From: Chiloscyllium plagiosum
Lineage: Eukaryota
Assembly (NCBI RefSeq): GCF_004010195.1
Contig: NC_057737.1
Span: 11,532,290 to 11,596,289 of the forward strand
DNA: 64,000 nucleotides
Direction of reading: 5' to 3'
In this document: positions 38,201 to 50,769 of the stretch, piece after piece
Layout: the number at the start of each line of letters is the position of its first letter
Numbering within the stretch: position 1 is the first letter of the stretch
Notes under the pieces: model-generated
The model's database searches: none
Seen by the model: only the letters and a program-made list of their open reading frames with translations
What the model was told of the DNA's origin: nothing
Position numbers and translations under genes: made by a program

Positions 38201-40897
38201 CTGGTCCTGATGGTATCCCGGGTGAGTTTTACAAGGAGTTTATAGGGATTCTGTCAGGGTCGATGCTAGAAATGTACAATCACTCCTATATGCATGATTG
38301 CCTACCACCATCTTTGGGAGAAGCTAATATTTCCTTCATTCTTAAGAAAGGAAGGGTTCCTGAAGATTGTGCCTCATACAGGTCCATCTCTCTATTAAAT
38401 TTAGATTTTAAGTTTCTGTCTAAGAGTTGGGCGCTAGGATTGGAGAAGGTATTTCCCCATATTGTCAAAGAGGGCCAGGCAGTTTTTATAAGGGGCTGTA
38501 GGTCTTCTAATAATATTAGAAGGTTGCTGAGTGTGAACCAAGCATGTCAGCAGCAATCGATCCAGGGGTTGGTGATTTCCTTAGCTGCAGAGAAAGCATT
38601 TGACCAGTACCTCTTTTATGCCTGAGAGCAGTTTGGGTTGGGTGGGGTCTTTGCTAGGTGGGCAGAGGTTTTATATTGCCACCCTCTAGCCACAGTCATA
38701 ACCAATGGGGTGAATTCTGGGAACTTTAGGATTGGCAGGGGTAGTCATCAAGGCTGCCCCCTCTCACTTGTTGTTTACGTTGGTGATAGAGCAGCTGGCA
38801 AAGGTCATTCGTCAGAATGTCCACATAACCACACTGGAAGTGGGATCGAGGGTACACAAGATTGCACTGTATGCGGATGATGTCCTTCTGTTTTTATCGG
38901 GCCTAATGACCTCCATACTCCATCTGATACATTGTATTAATTCATTTGAGGCTTTTTCAGGATGTAAGATCAACTTTGCAAAATTGGAGGCTATGCCTTT
39001 GGGGGACCTTAAGGAAATGCCAGTGGTTGAAGGTGACCCTAGGTTCCCCTTTAAGTGGTCAAGGGCAGGTTTCCAATACCGAGGAATCTTTATTACCTCC
39101 CATGTTTGATCGGTTATTTCGTACTAATTTTGCTCATCTGCTCAACAATATTTGGCAGGATCTTCAGAGATGGGAGGCTGTTCCAATTTTGTGGTTGGGC
39201 CAAATAGCCATTATTAAGATGAATGTCCTCCCTCATCTGCTTTATCCTATGCATATGCTCCCTATAATGTTTCCCAGGTCAACATTGCAGAAACGTATTG
39301 GTTGGTTTCATTCTTTCGTCCGGCGTTGAGTGGCCCCTCATCAAACTTACTAAATTGCAGTTGCCTCAAGGATGGGAACGAGTTGATTTCCCAGAATCAG
39401 GAGATATCAGTTGAATTCCCCACTGTCCTTTGTGTGCAATTGGGAAGGTAACAATCCAGGCTCAATGTGGCTGGATATCGAGGTCTCCCAGGGAAAGTGC
39501 CCTCTTATTAACCTGTTGCTCATGGATAAGATGAGGACAGTTACGGACCACTGCTGGAACCCCATTGTTATTAGTACAGTCAAGGCATGGAGAGCAATGC
39601 ATCAGAGTGAGGGTTGCTTATCCAAGACTTTGCTATTCACTCCATAGTTGCTATGCTGGGGTTCTGACCAGAGATGATGCACTCAGAGTTCAAACTTTGG
39701 GCAGCGAGAGGAGTTTCCAGCTTGGAAGATTTGTTTGAGGGTGAGATTGTGATGTTTTTCGAGAAACCGAGCTGAATATACGGGCTGCCCAGCAGAGATC
39801 TTTTCCATTTTCATCAGCTTAAGGATTTCATCCAGAAGGAAACTACGCTTCTCACTAAGCCCTATAAGCCCGATATAGAGAGGATGTTGCTACATGCCAC
39901 AAGCACCCTTTCGGTTAATGCCCTTTAATTGCCTGCTGGATGATAGGGCCTGGCAGAATATTAACCGGTTATGTGAGGTTTGGGAGCAAGAGCTAGGAGT
40001 GGAAATCTCTTCTGGAACGTGGGAGGACATGGGAGAACATGCGAAAGATCTCAATTTGTAATAGGGCATGCGGCTATGCAGTTAAAAGTTCTGCACAGGG
40101 TTCATTTGGCACTGGATTGTCTGGCCAAATTTTAAAAAGGGGCATCTCCAATGTGCCTCTAATGTAAAATAAGTGTAGGTACTCTTACCCATTGCTTCTG
40201 GACATGCCACAGGCTCCATGTTTATTGGAGCTGTGGTGGGAGAGGTAGGGTATTGAAGACTAAAGTTAGAGTAGACCCGATATCTCTCCTAGATCTATTG
40301 AATTTGTCATCTTTAGACGGGCATAGGAAGAAACTACTTAATATTCTTATTTACTGTGCACAGAAGAATATTCTGATGAATTAGGTGTCTGAGAACCCGC
40401 TAGGCTTGCTTTGATGGTGGAAATTAATTATGGCACACATTCTCGTGGATCTTTTCACAAATACGGTGCACCACATAACAGACATTTTTATTTATAAGGC
40501 ATGGCGGCCCTTTTTGAGTTATTTGGACACAGATCTGTCTGGTATGTTAACTAGGGCGTTTGTTTAACCAGGGTGGTTAGGTTTGCTGAGCCCTGGAGAG
40601 GGAGGGGGGCTCCTGAGTTAATACGGGTATATATACAACACTCCCGTTTTTTGTTTGGGAGCTTTACACTGAGCATTGTTATTTTGTGTTTTTTTTTGTA
40701 TTATTAGTCACTTATTTATTGGTATTGTTTTGCACAGTGTTTGGTTTTGTTTTGTATTATTGGGTAGGTTAGTAGACAGTAGTTGTATTGTAATTTGTGG
40801 GGTTTTTTGTTGTACTGGTATTTGTTAAATTTTCAATAACTTTATATTGTTGTAAAGTCAAAAGGTTTTTTCACTAATAAATGTATTTACACAAAAA
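35271..40897 (+). mobile_element. Full-length decayed L1/Tx1-clade LINE (ORF1 ~35441-36260, ORF2 ~36810-40570)
   Basis: Endonuclease motifs (TWNIKG, LQETHL, ISDH), RT motifs (GKAPGPDG, YRSISLLN, QGCPLS, LYADD), C-terminal C..C...H...C at ~40155-40207, T-rich 3' UTR, AATAAA plus short A tail. Putative TSD GTATGTA at 35264-35270 and 40898-40904. Many stops and frameshifts. Confidence 0.9.
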
Positions 40898-43249
40898 GTA
40901 TGTAAATATAAGTTAATGTTATATAATGCAAGCATTTAAACTTTGACCTTAAAAAATGCTTTTTCATTTGACTACGAAAGTGCCTGCTGATGTAGGAAAT
41001 TATGAAATGGCTAGAGTGAAATATTTGGCTTTTACTTTGCTTTGTTTCTATTAAGTACAGCACAAATTCCTACACTGGCTGAATTTTCAATCTAGTGTTG
41101 TGAACAATGAACTTAATGCGATTTGTTGAGATAATTGATATCTCATTGCTTTAATTTTGTTACCAATAGTTCTCCCTCAGATAACTTGGTAAGCACATTG
41201 ACATTCTGCTGAAATTGATCATTCAGTGTTGAAATGTATTTCTGCAACAATTAATGGTTTGGATACTACTATTCTCAACTGTATTGACGTAGATTTTTTT
41301 CAGCTTAGAAAGATTCCATTTGGCTTATCACACCTGTGATTTATTCCATTACCTGTTTTCAGTTTTATCCCTCAGTCCATTGTGACACTATTGGCCCCTC
41401 TATGAAATATTTGATTTTATTGTTAACCCACCAGGTAGCACTTTTCCAAGTACATTTGAGAATGGTGATTATTTCCATATAAATGAAATTATTAACTTCT
41501 CAAGTTTTGGACTGAAGTTGAAGACTGTGTTATAGTGATGGATTTGGAAATCTGCAGCGTATTTATTCTGTTTAAAAATACAATTCGTTTAGTTGGTGGT
41601 TTGGTGTTTTAACACTCATTTTAATGTGCCAATAATGTAAAGTACTTTTTTATTAGAATTTTAAAAATTCACTGGTGTACTACCTTCTAAAGAGTTAACA
41701 TGATTAAAGTTACAGCAGCAGATGAGTATGTAACTTTCAATTTATTCATAAATGATTCATTCCGAGTATGTATTTGAACTTAGAACTTTTGAATTCTTTA
41801 ACTTAAAACTTGGCCTGAAGTATTACATAGATGCATAGTCATCATACAAAAATTAACACAGTCCTTGGATGGCAATGACAGAAATGACCAGAAACTTAGT
41901 CAAAAATGTGGCTGAAGAAGGTGGTGGGTGAATGGGTTTCGGAACACAGAGATGTGACTGCGAGGATATTTTCCAGTGGTGTGCTTCAAGGATGGGGTAT
42001 GATATTAATGGTATTTTAATTGTATTGCTGAGATACATAATGAAAGCCATTGTTTATTTATGTACTTGGAGCACTGCTGTCATATGTTTATTGAGTTTAA
42101 TTTGGTTTGATTGAAATAGTATAGTGACATCTGAGACACTGGATTAGTATGTCAAAAGTAGGCATACAAAATGCTGCATTTTGTCAATAAACATATTATC
42201 TGGAAAAGTATCAGTGTCTAGTTTCATATTCTAATTGATTTGAGATCTGAATAAAACTGTAGAGCTGGAGGAAGAAAGAGATAGGAAATGGGAATGCCGT
42301 AAATTCAATGGCTAAAAATCCTGTGGATGTCAATATTAGGTGGTACTGCGAATGGCTGGTGTAAAGGGGACCACTACAAAATTTTGGACTGAGGTAAGAG
42401 GCAAAAGCAGTCTTCAAGCTGGCATTGCCATAAGTTCCAGCCAGAACTCAGTAGGACTCAGTTGCCCAACCCATAGACGAATTATGATGTATGTGTAGGT
42501 GCTTCCTACAACTTGCCCTGTTGTAGCTAGCTGCCACTAATATACAGTGTGTTATGGATAATCACTCCAAAATTCATTGGCCATCCTGTAATTTTATGAT
42601 ATACTCTGTTTAAAAAGTCTGTGACCGTTCATCATCAAATGCATAAGTCCTCCAGAGCATAGGAAAGGAATTGCTCATCAGTTGTAAATGGCTGACCCCA
42701 AATTCATCTCCCCCAGGGGATATATTGACTTAACATCCACACTATCTGTTTGAGAATTTAATATATTTCAATTAGATCACTCGTCGTTTCTTTGTAAGTT
42801 CCAGATGAAAGATTAGAGGAATTTAATGCCTGGGGTTTTTTTGGCCACAGTGGTTGCCCTTAAAACTAAACAGGAGTTCAAAACTGAAAGACAGCATTTT
42901 TCAGCGATACATTCTGTTGTGAAGTCCCTCAGCGCCTTGTCCTGTGTTTAATCTAATGTTATATATTAAGATTTAGGAAGTCACATTGTTTCTACCAAAT
43001 GCCATTAATGAGGCCTAATGCTGTTCATTCTGTACTGTAGAGGCAGTACAGGATATGCTTACTTCAGATTTACAGAGCTGAACTAAAAAAATTCTTTTAA
43101 AAAAATTAACCTATTTTTCTAATCAACCTGTACAGAAATGTTAGTAGACGCCTCTAGAGCTTGAATTTGGATCTCCAAGTCCGGGTGCGGTAGGGACATT
43201 AACATGGCACAAGAGGGCCCTTTTAAAGTATAGGCACTACTGAGATATT

Positions 43250-44212
43250 CAAAGTTTGGGTGAAGATTTGTAGCTTGGGTGCTCATTGTTGTGGTTCTGT
43301 TCGCCGAGCTGGAAATTTTTGTTGCAAATGTTTCGTCCCCTGTCTAGGTGACATCCTCAGTGCTTAGGTGCCTCCTGTGAAGCGCTTCTGTGGTGTTTCC
43401 TCCGGCATTTATAGTGGCCTGTCCCTGCCGCTTCCGGTTGTCAGTTTCAGCTGTCCGCTGTAGTGGCCGGTATACTAGGTCCAGGTCGATGTGTTTGTTG
43501 ATGGAGTTTGTGGATGAGTGCCATGCTTCTAGGAATTCCCTGGCTGTTCTTTGTTTGGCTTGCCCTATAATGGTAGTGTTGTCCCAGTCGAATTCATGTT
43601 GTTTGTCGTCTGCGTGTGTGGCAACTAGGGATAGCTGGTCGTGTCGTTTCGTGGCTAGTTGATGTTCATGGATGCGGATCGTTAGCTGTCTTTTGGGGGC
43701 CTCCTGCGAAGCGCTTCTTTGATGTTTCCTCCGGTGTTTATATTGGTCTGTCCCTGCCGCTTCCGGTTGTCAGTTTCAGCTGTCGGCTGTAGTGGCCGGT
43801 ATATTGGGTCCAGGTTGATGTGTTTGTTGATGGAGTTTGTGGATGAATGCCATGCCTCTAGGAATTCCCTGGCTGTTTTTGTTTCGCTTGCCCTATAATG
43901 GTAGTGTTGTAGTGGGACAACACTACCATTATAGGGCAAGCGAAACAAAGAACAGCCAGGGAATTCCTAGAAGCATGGCACTCATCCACAAACTCCATCA
44001 ACAAACACATCGACCTGAACCCAATATACCGCCCACTGTAGCGGACAGCTGGAACTGACAACCGGAAGCGGCAGGGACAGGCCACTATAAATGCCGGAGG
44101 AAACACCACAGAAGCGCTTCACAGGAGGCTCCCAAGCACTGAGGATGTCACCTAGACAGGGGATGAAACGTTTGCAACAAAAATTTCCAGCTCGGCGAAC
44201 AGAACCACAACA
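43250..44212. mobile_element. Penelope-like element remnant (family D): GIY-YIG 3' end plus pseudo-LTR in inverted arms, with hammerhead motifs at 43324-43363 (-) and 44136-44175 (+)
   Basis: AREFLEAWHSSTNSINKHINLDPIY (PLE GIY-YIG C-terminus). Two minus-strand segments followed by one plus-strand arm. Perfect TSD ACTACTGAGATATT at 43236-43249 and 44213-44226. Confidence 0.9.
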
Positions 44213-44724
44213 ACTACTGAGATATTTTACTGTATGATTGCTTAAGTAAAAAATATACAGTGATACTTTGTAGGAAGGAGCAGGTGCAGGGGTTCAAGCA
44301 GTGTTTACATTTGGTTAGTGTGATATGTTAGGTCAAGGAAGGCTGTGTTTTTCTGCCCAGTACTTTTTTAAAAGTCTGCCCATTTATTTGCATCTTTGTC
44401 AGTCTTCTGTTGCGTGGGTGTAATTGAACGTTAATATTTCAAAGAGTGTATGAGGCTGTCATCAGCATGATTAAATATTTGTTTCAACCTTGAGAAATCT
44501 TGCTGAGTCATTAGTCTGATTCAGCAATTCATTTAATAGGTGTGGAAGGACATTACTCATTGTATTGCATACAAAGTTCAGAACAAAAGTGTACTGTCCT
44601 CTTTTGTCCCTTCCCCATAACTTTGTTAGGTTTTGTTTCCTTTCATGAATAATAAAGAATCCACGTCCAGATATAAACTTACATATTCTCAGAATGTTTG
44701 ATTGTGGAACATTACTGACATATT

Positions 44725-44995
44725 ACGAGTCAGCTATTACGAGGGAGCATAGCTTTAAATTAAGGGGTGGTAGATATAGGACAGATGTTAGGCGTAGATT
44801 CTTTACTCAGCGAGTTGTGAGTTCATGGAATGCCCTGCCAGTAGCAGTGGTGGACTCTCCCTCTTTATGGGCATTTAAACGGGCATTGGATAGGCATATG
44901 GAGGATAGTGGGCTAGTGTAGGTTAGGTGGGCTTGGATCGGCGCAACATCGAGGGTCAAAGGGCCTGTACTGCGCTGTATTTTTCTATGTTCTAT
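44725..44995 (+). mobile_element. CR1-like LINE 3' fragment
   Basis: TREHSFKLRGGRYRTDVRRRFFTQRVVSSWNALP...FKRALD followed by a (TTCTA/TTCTATG) tail. Confidence 0.9.
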
Positions 44996-45827
44996 ACCCA
45001 ATGCTGTCCTCGATCTAAGAGGTAATTCAATAGTAAATAGAACCAAAAAATTTGCTTGTTCAATGGCCCAAATGCTATCCAGCCATGAGTAGCGCCCCAT
45101 GAAAAGTTAAATTTGACTTTGTTATTAGCAAGATTCAAACAAAAAAAACCTGAAAACTTGTATTTGCCTTGAGTCTTTCATAAACTCAGAAAAACACAGA
45201 ATATTGGTACTTTTAAAGTAAACACACTTTAAAAGTGTAACGTAACAGCCATTTGCACACAGCAAACCCTCAAACAACAATCTGCCCGCCACCTTAAGTA
45301 TTCATTGCCTCCACCATTGGTGCACACTGAATACTGCATCTTGTAAAAAGCCATTTGGTTTACTGTGTTCTTTCAGGATGAAAATCAGCCATCATTACCC
45401 AGTCTGATCTGTGAGGAGACTCAATGTCACAGCAATGTACTTGATTCTTAGCTACCCTATGAAATAGCCAAGCAAATCATTCATTTGTGTAAAACGTTTA
45501 AACTTGCAGGATTTCAAGAAGGTAGCTCGTCCTCTGTTTATAGAGGGGAATTACAGATGGACAATAGATGCACAGACATCCACATCCTGAGAATTATTTT
45601 TAAAATATCCACAATAGTCAGCAAATCATTCAAGAAAATTCAACTGAGAAATTGATCTATGTCACCAGCAGCTTTAATTTGAAACTCAAGTCTTCCTAGT
45701 AACCATCTTACAAATTTAAAATTTGTCATTTGTTTGAATTGTGAAACTTAATTCCTAAAATTATACATTTTGTTTGTTTTTATTACTGAATTGCTTTGTG
45801 TCCTCATCATTACATTGAATTTTTTAT

Positions 45828-45940
45828 GGGAGAAAGTGAGGACTGCAAATCAGAGCTGAAAATGTGTTGCTGGAAAAGCGCAGCAGGTCAGGCAGCATCC
45901 AAGGAGCAGGAGAATCGACATTTCGGGCATGAGCCCTTCA
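45828..45940 (-). mobile_element. Single-arm Penelope-like short element (family C), truncated inside the hammerhead core
   Basis: Matches 28856-29064. Perfect TSD ATTGAATTTTTTAT at 45814-45827 and 45941-45954. Confidence 0.85.
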
Positions 45941-46444
45941 ATTGAATTTTTTATACAAAGACAGGTCATCATTAATTACTGAATGCATATTCAAAAGTTT
46001 TCCAAATGCTGAAAGGTAAACAAAACTAAAATTTACCATTAGAATTCTAATTGAGGAAATCTGGAAGTCCTCATAGGGTTGAAGACCAATGGTTTTCATA
46101 ATGATCATTATTGGCCTGAATTATCCACTCCCTCCTTTATCTTACGTTTTAGTATTAGAATTGAAAACATTTCTTAAAGCACAGTCACCAGATTAACAAT
46201 TTCAATAATATTCATGTCTCAAGTAATGATAGCTTTGATAACCTATAATGCAACATATTTTCAGATTAAGTATAAAATACTGTTTGTTTCTAGTTATTCA
46301 TGTATTACAAAATAATTTTCCTTGTTTTTTCAGTGGTGCATATGTTAAGAGCATTTGTGAGTGTGGCCAGACCTTGGCTTGACGATCACGGCGGGACAGT
46401 TTAAGCCAACTGTGTGCAGAGTTACTATTTATCTACAGAGAGAA

Positions 46445-46658
46445 ATGTCTGGAGATACCTGCTTAACATCACTATACCCATCTTCTGGAGCCAAACCCAA
46501 AGCCCTCAGCTTTAAAGGAGGAAGCATGGGGAACAAATATGTCCGATTAAATGTTGGAGGCTCCTTGTACTATACCACTGTTCAGATTTTAACCAGACAT
46601 GATACTATGCTAAAGGCAATGTTTAGTGGAAGAATGGAAGTGCTTACTGACAAAGAAG
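46445..46658 (+). CDS. TNFAIP1: TNFAIP1 (BACURD2, BTB/KCTD adaptor) first coding exon; exon probably starts at 46334
   Basis: MSGDTCL...[42 protein letters not shown]+G. Donor GTGAAT. The N-terminus and synteny with IFT20 favour TNFAIP1 over KCTD10/KCTD13. Confidence 0.95.
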
Positions 46659-48299
46659 GTGAATATAATCTAACCACAAGTACCAGAAGTAACCAGAAAA
46701 CCAATTTTAGGTTTTCAGAGTTGTGATGCATATATTGATGTGTATTAATATACTGAAATCATTCCTCACATTTACCACAGTTTGGCAGGACTTGATGTTC
46801 CGCAAATAAAAGTTCTTTAGAAATAATTAAAATTGGAGATACAAGCAAGACCAGTTAACACTAATAACAACATGAATGCTGACCATCAATTTTACCCTTG
46901 GGAGTTCAGATAAAGCTGTGGCGCTCAACTTTCCAAAGCAAATTGTATTGTATAATGTCTAATTATGATGTCCCCACTACCAGCTAATTACCTTAAACTC
47001 AGCAAATAGAGAGGCTGTCACTTGGCTTCAGGGATTCACATTCATTAAATAAACAGATTTTATTTTTGAAACTGTAAACTTGATTTATTTTTGGAATTGT
47101 GCAATGTGTAGGTGTGATAAAAATCATGTCTAAAGTTGGGTCTCCGTAAACACAGCAAAATAAACAGTTAAATTTACATACCTGTATTTTAATAATTATA
47201 CATTTTCAAGATATGTTTTAAATTAGTACCACGTAGTTCTAATTGGATCATTTTCCTGAGATTTTGATTCAGGAAAAATTACACTTTGGTAAACTGTTAC
47301 TGCAAGCGAGAAAGGTTAGTGTGAAATCATTAATGTATAGTATGTACACGTACTAATTTATATCTATTACAAGTCTACCAGGTATTGTTGCATTGTCTAG
47401 TTGTCGTTTACTATTTTTGTACATTTAACATTTGAATGTTGTAATGCAGATGATAAATTCTTGAAGTCTGTATTGCATACAAAATAACTTCTCTGCGATG
47501 AGTGTGGGAACAAAAGGCTATTTTGTTAAATTGAGAAAATCGTTCAAGACCTAGTTTCACAGTGTAGCATACTGCCAGGTATGGAGAGAAGATGAACCAA
47601 ATTACATTTAGCTGATGCCAACCTTGGATGCGAAATGCTTAGAGATTCATGGATGCAGAGAAGACTGTGTGAGCACATTTTGAGATCTTATGATACACCA
47701 GAATACAAAATGGCTTTGAACTTGCTGCATCCAGTTTTGTGACCTAATCTGGTAATTTTCCATTTTTTCCTACAAGAAAATTATATATAAACTCAAACGT
47801 TCAACATCATTTTGAAATGACATTCCTTCGTGATCTTCTTGAAGGAGGTCTGGTTTCGTCAGGTGATACGACAAGTTTATTTGTAAATTATTGGAAAAAA
47901 ATGTTAAATGTCTCCAATTTTAATCCTGATTTCTTTGGATTATAATATTATTTAATGTTTCAGAGAATGCCTCTTTCTCTGTACATTTTCAATGCTTTCA
48001 TTTTAAAAACCAGATCTGATCCAGTTTTCTTTTAATACAAATTATTTATTACAGTGTTAACGAGCTAGCAAAGTTCTCATGGGCTTTGTGGTGCAAAAGT
48101 AACTTCTATTAAAGTGCTTCTTAAAGATGCATCTTATTATGTTTAATGTGATGAGACAATAACTTAATTGTACACATTTTACAGTTTAATTGTCACTACA
48201 GTGCATATCTCTTAAATTCCTGTCTTGGTCCATCACTATCAATTCGATTGAAAGAAAGCGACACGACAGATATTGAAGGGACATGGTTTTGTTGAAAAT

Positions 48300-49270
48300 A
48301 AATCTCTAACCAATGTGCAGTTTTAGGTTGTATCTAATGAAATCATAGTGTATATGTTTGACATGGCAACTAAATCACTGGACCAAATTAGTGTAACTCA
48401 ATGTCTGAACTAGTTGAATTTTTAGGTAATTTTCAATGAAATTCCATATGGAATGCTTGTGGGATTAGAATTATAGAATATGGTATATTAACCAACAAAA
48501 ACAAATCAGACATGGAAGAGTATGCCGGGGATGAGGAGTGGGGAGAGAAAGAGAGACAGACGGTGACTAATGGAATTCATATGAATCTATTCTTGGTTGC
48601 CTTATGATTCACACATCAGCAAACAAAACAAAGGAGCTCACTTTATGGTGTTAAAAGATTTGACGAGGTAATAAGTGAGAGAGTGATGGCATTTATTGAA
48701 CTCTGAACCACTTAAGAACAACAAACAGGTTTTAATGTAGATAATGTATCACTTTGCATATTGGAATAGGAAATGTGACAAGGCGCCCTTTAGCTAAAGT
48801 GAAAATGAATTTGGCTGAGCTGTATCTCTCAAATAGAAGCAGTTGTACATTCAAATAGCACAGTTCTTTGCTGAATAAATTGGGCTTATACTCTTTAGAG
48901 TTGAGGAGAATGAGAGGTGATCTCATCGAAACATAATTTATTCTGAAGGGGCTCTTCAGGGTAGACATGAGGTTCTTCTCTCCTCCTCCTCCACCCCACC
49001 CCCACTAAACTGCAGTGTCGCGAGCACAGGAACAATCTCAGGATAATGAGCTGATCATTTTGGACCGAGAAGAGAGCTTTCTTCACTCTGAGAGTTCTAA
49101 ATCTTTGGGATTGTCTATCCCAGAGCATTGTAGATATCAGAAAGAATTGAAGAACATAGAGAGCAAACAGGAAGGAGGAATTGAGGAATAAGGATTGGCC
49201 AGGATTGTGTTGAATGGCAAAGATGTCTTAAGGAGCCATATGTCTACTACTACTAATTTTTACATTCTCA
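48300..49270 (+). mobile_element. Old CR1-like LINE remnant
   Basis: GGGCTTATACTCTTTAGAGTTGAGGAGAATGAGAGGTGATCTCATCGAAAC (LGLYSLELRRMRGDLIE). Confidence 0.6.
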
Positions 49271-50374
49271 TATCTGGCATGCAGCAGTTATTGTTGTTTG
49301 AGAGAGAATTGTTGGCTGTGGTATAGAAGAGATATTTGCTCCTCTCTGAATAATTCTAGATTATCTTTTGATCTTCATCAGAACCATTGAGACCTCAATT
49401 CAATGGTTGACCCTAAGGGTGGTACATCTGGTCTTTTGAAGGACTTCCTCATTTTTGTATTGAACTGTCTTCCTGGTTCTGTCCTGAAATTCTGGAATAT
49501 GGATTAACCTATAAGCTTCATATGTAAGATTACTGTCAACTGAGTCAGGTTGACTCCGTGATGGGTAGAATATAATTTAATAATACCAAGGCATCATCTT
49601 GAAGCTAAAGAAATTTGCATAACATGTTTCTAAAATTCAGTATGCTCAAGATTTACTCATTGTTAAGGGATCGGAAGAAACCTTGGTGAGCTTTCTTGTA
49701 GAAATTAATAATGTGTTTTTTTTTAAAACTTCATTCATTGGATGTGGGGATTACTGGCTTGGCTGGCACATTTTGCCCATGCTTATTTACCCTTGAGAAA
49801 GTGATGCTAAGTTGCCCCATTGAACCACTGTATTGCAACTGATATAGGTAGACTGACTGCTTCAGGGGAGTTCCAGGATTTTGACCCAGGAATACTGAAG
49901 GAAAAGTGCTACATCTCCAAGTCAGGATGCTGAGTGCTTTGGAGGGGAGATTTGCACCTTCTGGTATTTCCTATGTACCTGCTGCTCTTGCCTTCAATAT
50001 TGTACTGTTCTTAGATTTGAAAGGTGCTGTATAAGGGCCTCAGAACTTCTGCAGCCCATCTTGTAGATAGTAACAGCCACATGTACTATGTGCATTTGTG
50101 AATGTGCTGCCAAACAAGCAGACTGTATTGTCCTGGGTGTTGTCAACTTCGGATGTGTTATGGGAGCTGCATTCATCCAGGCAAGTGGGGAGTATGTGAA
50201 AGTAAACAGATTTTGCATGGAGGGGTTTGAAGACTCAAATAGTCTTTTTAACCACAGAATCTTGTGTTAATTTAAGTAATTTAGAGGGGGTACAGAATTT
50301 GATTCTGCATGGTGTGTAATCTTGCCTTGAATCACACCCCTCTACAATGGAATATTTGCTGTTTTTCCAAGCAG

Positions 50375-50544
50375 GTTGGATTCTTATTGACCGTTGTGGC
50401 AAACATTTTGGCACAGTTTTGAATTATCTGAGGGATGACTCGATTATTCTTCCAAAGAGTAGACGGGAAATTAAAGAACTGTTGGCAGAGGCTAAATATT
50501 ATCTCATTCAGGGCCTGGTGGATATGTGTCAGACTGCATTGCAG
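50375..50544 (+). CDS. TNFAIP1: TNFAIP1 coding exon 2
   Basis: (G)[21 protein letters not shown]...[26 protein letters not shown] sites; 170 nt. Confidence 0.95.
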
Positions 50545-50769
50545 GTAATTTGCAGCAGATACACTCTCTTTAGCACAACATATTAGTTTTTCCAAAGTTT
50601 TTTCAGTTGTGAAAGATAGGTGTAAAGTGTATTACTAGAGCATTGCTGTATTAGTAAACATCCTGTTGTCTCAGTCTTCATTAACATACTCTCTAATGGC
50701 AGCACAAGCATTAAACCCAAAGTAAAAGTTGTACCTTGAATAGTCCTCTGACAGAAAATCTAATTCTGC

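Noticed and set aside
35441-39647. Host genes among the many ORFs here
   Set aside because: All are frameshifted pieces, or antisense shadows, of the L1-like element.
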